Origin: an uncultured Clostridia bacterium | Lineage (GTDB): Bacteria > Bacillota > Clostridia > Christensenellales > CAG-917 | Length of the DNA: 64,000 bases | Direction of reading: 5' to 3' | Assembly (NCBI GenBank): GCA_947625145.1 | Contig: CANQNC010000001.1 | Location: 74,312 to 138,311 of the forward strand | Shown: one piece after another, positions 57,090 to 64,000 of the stretch | Numbering within the stretch: position 1 is the first letter of the stretch | Layout: each line of letters opens with the position of its first letter | The notes under the pieces: model-generated | Seen by the model: only the letters and a program-made list of their open reading frames with translations | Database searches by the model: none | What the model was told of the DNA's origin: nothing | Translations under genes and position numbers: made by a program

Positions 57090-58925
57090 ATGCGTATTAG
57101 TGACTTTGTTCTGTCAGAGCCGTTGACAAGAGGGTCGAGACAAGCCGAAATGGCGAAGTGTACCTACAGAGGCAAGGTGTATCAACTGAAGATCCACAGC
57201 GCTGAGCCGAAGTGGTACAACGTTGACGACGCCATCAGAAGAAAAACGCAGGAGTTACGCAGCGCCGCGGAGGACAACAAAGAGAGGCTCCAAAGCGAGC
57301 TTGACAGCTTGAAGGCAAAAAGGGACGATTGGAACGAAAGAGACAAGATCTCGGATCAATATCTTTTGCTCAGACAAAACATCATCCGCCTTGTCAAGGG
57401 CACTCACAACTCCCATCTCGTGCCTCCCGAAGAGGCGTGGACGGAACCCATCGAGTCAAAGGGGAATGCGGTGTTTATGGTCGAGGCGACGCCTTGGCTT
57501 GAAAGCGCGGTCTGGTTTGACGAGGCAAAGCCCATTTGTTTCCACAGGGACATCCCGCAGGAAGAGCAATACGACATCATCGCTTCGCTTGCGGACGCGC
57601 TTGCGGATCTGCATGCGGCGGGCATTTTGCACTGCGACTTGAAGATTGACAACACGCTCATCACAAAGGATCCCGACGGCAAGAAGAAGGCGACCATAAT
57701 CGACTACGACGCCGCGATCATTTTGAGCGAGCTTCAATCGCGCAGATATCCTTTGAGCATGTGGAAAAACGAGATCGGCGGCACGTATTTCGCGCCCGAG
57801 TTCAAAAAACTTTTCGACATCGTGGACGCGGCGGATTCGCGCGAGTTCGACGCCTTCGATTTCAGCACGATCACGCCCAAAGCGGACGTGTATTCCCTTG
57901 CCTTTACGATCTACGAATATCTTTATGGCATGCTGTCGCCTTCAAACATCATGCCCTTCAAAACGGACGACGGCGAGATCTTGGAAGGCGTCGCGAGAAA
58001 CGACTATCCCGCCGCGGTGGAATACGGCTTCAAGCCCAATTTCCCGAGCGACCCCGCCGAGATGAGCGACCTCATCTACGGCGCGCTCAGATGGATGCTT
58101 GACAACGAGCCTGCCAATCGTCCCACCGCCGCGCAGGTGCGCGACGTGTTCAAGACGAGGGACATCAGGATGATCCCCGCGCAATATTGCAGGATAGACC
58201 TGACCACTCCTTGGGACGCGGACAAGATAGAATTTGTCCCCTCCGCGGAGTATATGGTGTCCAAAAACCCCTTGCGCGAGGGCGTGTATACCGTGCGCAG
58301 GAAGAGACCGGACGGCTCGCTCGGGCCCACCCTTTCAAGACGTGCGGCGGATCTTGTTCGCGACGGACTTGCGAGGTCCTTGGAGGCTCCCGCACCCGCG
58401 CCCGTCGAGGTGCGCGCTTTCTGGGAGAGCGACGGCATGACGGGGGATATGCCTGCATGCGTGAGGCGCAAAGACGGCATGGAAGGCAAATATGTGCTGT
58501 CCGTCTTGGGCGGGCTTTCCACGGTTTGCACGCTTGCCGAGCTTAAGCAAAAGGGCGTCGTTTGTTCGGACGCCGAACTTCTCACTCCGTGGCCCTCGGA
58601 CGCGATCCACTTCATCACAAGCAAGAGAGTGGAGCGCGACCTCACGCGCGGACCCAAACACTATGTTGTCAAAACTTTCCCCGCTCAGAGGCTGACCTCG
58701 GACGAGATGGTCGCCAAAAACTACGCGACAAAGGCGATTGCGTTCCAGATGTGGGCGGCGGACGAAGCGCTGTATGCTCCCAATCCCGAAGCCAATATGT
58801 CGGGAGTGACGAGCATCACAAGGGATTCGCTCAAAGGAAAGGGATATCGCGTTATGACCGCGGACGGCGCGTTGAAGCTGTCCATAGACGAAATGCTCGC
58901 AAAAGGCTATGTCAAAAGAAAGTAA
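57090..58925 (+). CDS. Hanks-type Ser/Thr protein kinase with four C-terminal ~55-aa repeats of an unassigned module
   Basis: Catalytic loop HCDLKIDN, DYD in place of DFG, GGTYFAPE, DVYSLAFTIYEYLYG, RPTAAQV. Repeats span aa 368-609. Confidence 0.8.
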   Translation: MRISDFVLSEPLTRGSRQAEMAKCTYRGKVYQLKIHSAEPKWYNVDDAIRRKTQELRSAAEDNKERLQSELDSLKAKRDDWNERDKISDQYLLLRQNIIRLVKGTHNSHLVPPEEAWTEPIESKGNAVFMVEATPWLESAVWFDEAKPICFHRDIPQEEQYDIIASLADALADLHAAGILHCDLKIDNTLITKDPDGKKKATIIDYDAAIILSELQSRRYPLSMWKNEIGGTYFAPEFKKLFDIVDAADSREFDAFDFSTITPKADVYSLAFTIYEYLYGMLSPSNIMPFKTDDGEILEGVARNDYPAAVEYGFKPNFPSDPAEMSDLIYGALRWMLDNEPANRPTAAQVRDVFKTRDIRMIPAQYCRIDLTTPWDADKIEFVPSAEYMVSKNPLREGVYTVRRKRPDGSLGPTLSRRAADLVRDGLARSLEAPAPAPVEVRAFWESDGMTGDMPACVRRKDGMEGKYVLSVLGGLSTVCTLAELKQKGVVCSDAELLTPWPSDAIHFITSKRVERDLTRGPKHYVVKTFPAQRLTSDEMVAKNYATKAIAFQMWAADEALYAPNPEANMSGVTSITRDSLKGKGYRVMTADGALKLSIDEMLAKGYVKRK

Positions 58926-58998
58926 TTGACAAAGCCGATGTGGCACAATCATTGCAGGTATGTTCGCGCTTTCTAACATATGCTGTATGGGGTGCGTT

Positions 58999-61017
58999 AT
59001 GGCGGAAGAAAGGATCTATCAACCTTGGGATGAGGACCGCATCAAGCCCGTTGAGGGCAGCAACTACAAATTTTGGCGCGGGTCCGAACCGGGGAAATAC
59101 TTTTATAGCATAGGCTCCATTTACGGCGGGGAAACGACCGCCGCGACCCTTGTCGATCGGTTTCACGCCGCGGTGCGCCTCGACGGCTCCTCCGCCGCGC
59201 CGAAAGCGGAAACGGCAAGAGCCGAGGATACGAGAGTGGGGTCTATGCTTGACAGATTCCGCGCCTCTAGGCGTACGGGACCTTCCGCCGAGAGCGAGGA
59301 ACCAAGCGCGGACAGCGCGGCGCCCGCAAGGGAAGAGTCGATTGAAATCGTGAGCAACGCAGACGACAAAATCGAGGAAGAGGAAGCCTTGCCCGAGGAC
59401 TCTGCTGAAGAGGAATACGAGGGACAGGCTCCCGAAACCGCCGAATACGCGGACTTGCAGGCCGCGCCCGCTGAGGACGGCGAGCATATCTGTGAGCCTT
59501 GGCCAAGCGACGGCATCGTCTTTGTCAAGGGAGATTGGAAAATTTGGCGCGCCGCGTACGAGGGCATGTATTTCTATGCGGTGGGCGGCACGCCGGGCAG
59601 AGACGCCGTGGACGCCGTGTCCCTCATGGAGTGGAACATGGCGACGTTGCCCACATATATCGCGCTGACGCCGTGGATAAGCGGGCTTGTCTTCAAGGAT
59701 GGGGATTGGCAGATCATGCGGGACGTCTTTGCGGGCGGCGCAAACAAAAACAGAAAATATTATATCCAAACCGCAAGCGGCGTGGAAAAAGTCAATATGT
59801 ACGAGCTTTTGGCGCGGGATATGGCGACTTGCGACGCTTCGGTGGAGAAAGAGATAGAGTCCGCCGCGCTGTCTGCGATCAAGGGCGATGATCAATATCG
59901 TCCGTGGCCTTCGGACAAGATCGTGTTTGCGGAAAGAGCGGGAGTGACGATCAGGCGCGCAAGCGCGGAGGGCGTGTACGTCCTCAAAAACGGCAGTTTC
60001 AGCAGAAGCGTAAATGCCGCGCGTTTGAGGGAAGAGAGGTTGGCTATCTCCGCCCGCGACGCAGGCATAGCAAGGCTGAGGTCCTCGCAGAGCCTCACGT
60101 GGCAAAGGCTTCAAAGCGACTTCGCCGACTTCTGGAAGCACGAGGATCCGCAATCCGTGGACAGTTTCAGGGAGATCGCCGCGATTTGGCAGGAGCTTCG
60201 CACAAAAAACTCTCCCGTTCGGCAGAGGATCAAGGGCAAATATCTTGAAACGTGCGCGGTGATCGCGGAGGCAATGCGGAAAATCGCGGATTGTCGCGAG
60301 GCGTTCGGCGCAATGTTCGCGCGGCTCAGAGAGATGGACGCGCAGGCAAGCAGGATCATCACCTTTGCGGACGGCATGCGCATAGACAACTTCGCGGAAA
60401 AAAAGACGCAACTCGAGGAGCAGTGCGAAGCGCTGGCTCCCTTGCTCGGCGGCTTTGAGGAGAGCTTGAACGCAGAGCTCATGCCCAAGATCAACGACGT
60501 CAACGCGCAGGCGGCTGTGCTCAGAGGGATAGATATGTGCGCGCTTTGCCCGCTTGAAAAGCTCCCGTCCGACTTCCAAAAGGAGATAGAGGGCGAGGTG
60601 AAAGAGGCTCTGGGGACGGGCTCCCTGTCGCAAGCGATCGCAAACGTCTCGGCGGAGCTGGCGCGAGTCTCTTTGGGCGGAGACAGCGACTTTGCCAAGA
60701 GCAGGAATAAGCTCTCGAATGGCGTGGACAAGTTGCGCGGCGTCATAAAGGACGCGAGGGCGCGCGCGGACGCGCTCGGGGAAAGAGCGGCAAGGCTGGA
60801 CAGCTACAAAGGAGATATCGACGGCGCGATAGGCAAAGCCCCCGGGTGGCTGACTCCGCGCCCGCGCAAGGGAGACGGGATCGCCTTCCTGACCGCGGTC
60901 AAAATCAAGGCGGCAAGCAACTTCGACGGCTATTTGCTCCCATTGAAGGGAGGCAAGCGCGTGCCCGTTTCCGCCGCGGACCTTGTGTATCTGGGGCTTG
61001 CGAAGTACGTGGCGTAA
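58999..61017 (+). CDS. Uncharacterised 672-aa protein: four N-terminal and one C-terminal copy of the same module, an acidic linker and a central ~260-aa helical region
   Basis: Good coding texture, co-directional, 73 nt after the kinase stop. PW-x-SD motifs at ORF-track aa 22, 180, 238 and 315 (GW at 629). The start could also be 58987 or 58960. Confidence 0.7.
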   Translation: MAEERIYQPWDEDRIKPVEGSNYKFWRGSEPGKYFYSIGSIYGGETTAATLVDRFHAAVRLDGSSAAPKAETARAEDTRVGSMLDRFRASRRTGPSAESEEPSADSAAPAREESIEIVSNADDKIEEEEALPEDSAEEEYEGQAPETAEYADLQAAPAEDGEHICEPWPSDGIVFVKGDWKIWRAAYEGMYFYAVGGTPGRDAVDAVSLMEWNMATLPTYIALTPWISGLVFKDGDWQIMRDVFAGGANKNRKYYIQTASGVEKVNMYELLARDMATCDASVEKEIESAALSAIKGDDQYRPWPSDKIVFAERAGVTIRRASAEGVYVLKNGSFSRSVNAARLREERLAISARDAGIARLRSSQSLTWQRLQSDFADFWKHEDPQSVDSFREIAAIWQELRTKNSPVRQRIKGKYLETCAVIAEAMRKIADCREAFGAMFARLREMDAQASRIITFADGMRIDNFAEKKTQLEEQCEALAPLLGGFEESLNAELMPKINDVNAQAAVLRGIDMCALCPLEKLPSDFQKEIEGEVKEALGTGSLSQAIANVSAELARVSLGGDSDFAKSRNKLSNGVDKLRGVIKDARARADALGERAARLDSYKGDIDGAIGKAPGWLTPRPRKGDGIAFLTAVKIKAASNFDGYLLPLKGGKRVPVSAADLVYLGLAKYVA

Positions 61018-61102
61018 GCCAAGCGCAAATCAATAGAAATCAGGCGTAGACCAAGCAAAACAAGGATTAAACCAAACATAAACAATCCGAAGGAGAAAAA
61101 CA

Positions 61103-62392
61103 ATGTCAACAGTCGAAAACAATGACGACATCATGGGCTCGGGCAGTGAAGTCCTTGAAGAGATGAAGGATCCGTCCGCCGCGGCAAAGCGCTTTGCGGA
61201 CAGCTGGAACGGCGGGATCGCAAAAAAAGGCAAGGTCGAAGAAGAGGTCGCCGAGTTTATCGAGCACTACAAGGCCTCGGTTTTCGGCGCGGGAGAGGGA
61301 GTGGATTATCTCTTCAAATTCTCCGCGGCGGTCATCACGTTGCCGCTTGCCTCTTTCGGTCAAGCCAAGATAGACGAGATCGTCTCCCCCGAGGGCATGG
61401 GCTTGGACAGCGTAAAACAACGGCTGACTTCCATACGGAAAAACTTGCACAAGGAGATCAAAGAGGCCAGCGAAGCCGTTTACGAGTGTTCGGATCCCAA
61501 CAGATATGTTGAGATCATCGGCAAAGCGAAGTTCCTTGCAAGCGCGTACGAGGCACTGAGCAGACTTTGCGACACTGTCGGCGGCAACGCGAAGCATGCG
61601 GAGCAGACTTTGGACAAATATCTTGCCGTCAAGCGCGTGGACGACTTCTTCGGGGCACAACTTGAAAAATACGGCTCCTATCCTCTTTTCAACAACTTTG
61701 TGCAGTCCGAGGAATACAAGACGTACACGCTGAGGAACAAGGGTCAGGACAGAAGGAAGCGCTCTCTTGCCATGATCCGGGCGGATCTTGCGAGGTGCTA
61801 CGGCGCGCATATGACAGAGGAGATCGCCCCTTTGTGCAAGGAATCTTCTCTTCCTTCGGCAAGGGATATCCAAAGGATAGACGAGGACCTGAAGGACAGG
61901 CGCGTCTTGGACAAGCTGATCGCCGAGCTCGGCGAATACAAAGCCGATCTTGACAGGGCTTTGCAGGCGCTCAGGAAGGACGTTGTTGAGGAGCAAAAGC
62001 AGAGGAATGTCCAAACCATCGGCGTATATTTCGATTGCGTCAAGCCCGCGGCGCCCAAGAAGGATCATCCCGACAACAGCAAAAGGGATCAGAGGCTCGT
62101 GCATTGGAACGCGGAGAGGAACGGGTATTTCGTAGGCAAAACGTTCGATTTTGAAAACTATGCGACCTTGACTGTGGAAAGGTTGGACAGCTACGTGCGG
62201 GAAGTCGCTTCCCCACAGGCAACCGAAGTGGCCGTCACTCTCGCCGCTTTGAAGAAGGCGGGGTACGTGGCTTCGGACGCGGAAGCCGTGGTGATCGTGG
62301 GCGAGTGCGCTTGGACAAAAGAGCTTAGGGTGTCCGCGCCCGACGACAAGGTGTACTTCTCACAGGCGGCAGCCGAGACTGTGCTTCGTTGA
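61103..62392 (+). CDS. Uncharacterised 429-aa mostly helical protein ending in one (possibly two) copies of the shared module
   Basis: AAGGAGA RBS. C-terminal LVHWNAERNGYFVGKTF...VTLAALKKAGYV. Confidence 0.7.
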   Translation: MSTVENNDDIMGSGSEVLEEMKDPSAAAKRFADSWNGGIAKKGKVEEEVAEFIEHYKASVFGAGEGVDYLFKFSAAVITLPLASFGQAKIDEIVSPEGMGLDSVKQRLTSIRKNLHKEIKEASEAVYECSDPNRYVEIIGKAKFLASAYEALSRLCDTVGGNAKHAEQTLDKYLAVKRVDDFFGAQLEKYGSYPLFNNFVQSEEYKTYTLRNKGQDRRKRSLAMIRADLARCYGAHMTEEIAPLCKESSLPSARDIQRIDEDLKDRRVLDKLIAELGEYKADLDRALQALRKDVVEEQKQRNVQTIGVYFDCVKPAAPKKDHPDNSKRDQRLVHWNAERNGYFVGKTFDFENYATLTVERLDSYVREVASPQATEVAVTLAALKKAGYVASDAEAVVIVGECAWTKELRVSAPDDKVYFSQAAAETVLR

Positions 62393-62426
62393 CGAATGAA
62401 AATTGCGGTTTTAGCGGAGGAATGAT

Positions 62427-63293
62427 ATGAAGATCACAACCGTCATTGGATCATGTTCGACAAAACGCCGCCCCATGGGCATACAGTTTGTGGAGCGCGG
62501 CGGCGATTACGTTGCGGGCGGCTCATTTACGGTCACGTCCGAGGCGTCCGTGGGGGAGAGCGAGGAGCTGAACGGTGCCTTCAAGTTGTCTCAATCCTTC
62601 AGATGCAAATATTGCGGAAACAGATATGTCTATCAGTGCAGTAGGTGCGGCAAGTTCGTGTGCTATGACGGGCTTGAAAAGCACGGCGCGGTATGCCCGT
62701 CCTGCGGCAACGTCGCAAACGTCCCCGCGACAAAGACGGATCGCATCGTGCGCAGCGGCGGAGGCGGCAAAAAGCAGATTTTGATCGCCATGGACGTCTC
62801 CGAAAGCATGAACGAAAGCAGCGGTCGCACCACGCGTATGGAGGAGACCAAAAAGGCGGCGATAGACGAGTTTATCAACAAATTTGCGGGCAATCCCATG
62901 GCGCTCGTCGTGTTTTCCACGGGCACGAGGGTCGTGCTTCCGTTCTCGGAAAATTCGGACGCCGTGCGCAGAGCGGTGGCAAGCGTGCGCGCTGAGGGCG
63001 GCACGACAAGCCCGTTTGCCGAGATATGCGAAAAATTCCCCGATTTCATTCACGGCACGGGGGAGAGGATAATCGTCGTGTTTACGGACGGCGCGTGGAG
63101 CGGCAAGGAAGAGGGACATATCGCAAGAGCGCAGAACATCCGCGACGCGGGCGTGAAGATTTTGGCGATAGGTTGCGCGGGAGCGAGAGCACAATTTTTG
63201 CGCTCCATTGCAAGCCCCGGCTTCGACATTTCGGCAAACGACGGCAGCATAGGCACGGCGTTTGCGGAAGCGGCGGAAAAGGTCAGCCAATAA
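62427..63293 (+). CDS. Zinc-ribbon-fused vWA domain protein
   Basis: N-terminal CKYC...CSRC...C...CPSC cluster, then a vWA domain with a classical MIDAS motif (ILIAMDVSESM = DxSxS, GGTTSP, VVFTDGA). GGAGG RBS. Confidence 0.8.
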   Translation: MKITTVIGSCSTKRRPMGIQFVERGGDYVAGGSFTVTSEASVGESEELNGAFKLSQSFRCKYCGNRYVYQCSRCGKFVCYDGLEKHGAVCPSCGNVANVPATKTDRIVRSGGGGKKQILIAMDVSESMNESSGRTTRMEETKKAAIDEFINKFAGNPMALVVFSTGTRVVLPFSENSDAVRRAVASVRAEGGTTSPFAEICEKFPDFIHGTGERIIVVFTDGAWSGKEEGHIARAQNIRDAGVKILAIGCAGARAQFLRSIASPGFDISANDGSIGTAFAEAAEKVSQ

Positions 63294-63335
63294 GAAGTCG
63301 AAAACAAGTAGAAAACAAGAAGTCAAAAATAAAAA

Positions 63336-63360
63336 GGCGGGAGAGTATCCCGCCTTTTTT
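63336..63360 (+). terminator. Rho-independent terminator closing the six-gene operon
   Basis: GGCGGGA-GAGTA-TCCCGCC followed by TTTTTT. Confidence 0.85.
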
Positions 63361-63528
63361 GCAGGCTTGAGTTTTGTTTCGCTTGCTTTGCCTTGCGAAG
63401 AAGCCGTTTTGTGTGGCAAAGGACATATTGCCGAAAACGTATGTTAAACATGCAAAACGACGACATAAAACCGCGTTTCGGTCATGTCTACGGATTTAAG
63501 ACGGAAAATCAAAATCCTTGCGACGGGG

Positions 63529-63557
63529 TTGAAAAGGCAGATCGTTTGGTGTATAAT
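63529..63557 (+). promoter_or_regulatory. Sigma-A-type promoter abutting the HAD hydrolase start codon
   Basis: TTGAAA, 17-bp spacer, TATAAT. The in-frame ATG at 63564 lies 7 nt after the -10 element. Confidence 0.55.
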
Positions 63558-63563
63558 ATGGGT

Positions 63564-64000
63564 ATGCTGAAACTTGTGCTTGTTGACATCGACAACACTT
63601 TGCTCGACTTTGACAAATGCTCGGAGGATTCCATGAAGAGGGCCTGCGAGGATTTCGGTATACCCTTTGAGCGGAGCATGTTTGAAGTGTTCAAGCGCAC
63701 AAACGACCGCTTGTGGTTGCAGATCGAACAGCGCACGCTCACCAAAGAGAGGCTGTTCGAGATAAGGTGGAACCTGATTTTCCACGAGCTTGGCGTGCGC
63801 GGCGTGGACGGCGTGGAGTTTGAAAAGCAATTCCACGTCTATCTCAACGTCAGCCATATCCCCGTGGACGGCGCGCTTTCCGCCCTCGAGTATCTCGCCT
63901 CGCGTTATCGCGTTTGCGCCGCAAGCAACGCGGTCACCTCTCAACAGCCCCTGAGGTTGGAAAAGGCGGGCATGCTGAAATATATCGAGCGGCTGTTTTT
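63564..64000 (+). CDS. HAD-superfamily hydrolase (YjjG-like nucleotidase type), 3' end beyond the window
   Basis: Motif I LVLVDIDNTLLDF. The frame is open to the window end. An alternative in-frame ATG at 63558 directly abuts the -10. Confidence 0.7.
   Translation, partial: MLKLVLVDIDNTLLDFDKCSEDSMKRACEDFGIPFERSMFEVFKRTNDRLWLQIEQRTLTKERLFEIRWNLIFHELGVRGVDGVEFEKQFHVYLNVSHIPVDGALSALEYLASRYRVCAASNAVTSQQPLRLEKAGMLKYIERLF

Noticed and set aside
63444-63944. 166-aa minus-strand ORF at the end of the window.
   Set aside because: It lies antisense to a clear HAD-hydrolase reading frame (DIDNTLLDF motif) that has its own promoter.

Overview
This window looks like an origin-proximal chromosomal segment of a spore-forming Firmicute (class Clostridia), moderately GC-rich by eye. 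That inference rests on yidC-jag-mnmE-mnmG, spo0A, veg, a SipL-like gene and a glgD-containing glycogen locus. Most of it is ordinary housekeeping DNA. It includes tRNA-modification GTPases, spo0A, ispE, an OmpR/histidine-kinase pair and a split Na+-translocating oxaloacetate-type decarboxylase. It also includes the glycogen locus (glgBCD-glgA, glgP, a GH13 enzyme), ftsH, cysE-cysS, purB-purA-guaA, csoR-copA-copZ and a type III glutamine synthetase. I found no rRNA, tRNA, CRISPR array, transposase or integrase. Three things stand out. (1) A six-gene operon at 53.9-63.3 kb has a vWA + PP2C-like phosphatase + Hanks-type kinase core, matching the TerY-P triad. It is extended by two large proteins I cannot assign to any family and a second vWA protein fused to a zinc ribbon. 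The kinase and both unassigned proteins share a repeated ~55-aa module (PW-x-SD ... G-x-Y ... AKGYV) that I also cannot assign. (2) A family of ~125-bp imperfect hairpin repeats starts at or just after the stop codons of glgD, guaA and glnA(III). Its arms differ between copies by compensatory changes while the apex is conserved. It also has a second ~130-bp module nested in the 3' arm and a degenerate tandem array that splits glgD from glgA. (3) There are several smaller oddities. These are a hyper-acidic double zinc-ribbon protein encoded partly by a 39-nt homopurine tract, and a 721-aa membrane protein paired with LemA. There are also a BspA-type LRR lipoprotein built from three super-repeats, operator-like palindromes around the glycogen genes, and an unannotated 52-aa ORF next to a tandem-HTH regulator. 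All calls come from reading the translations and sequence by eye. No database search was run.
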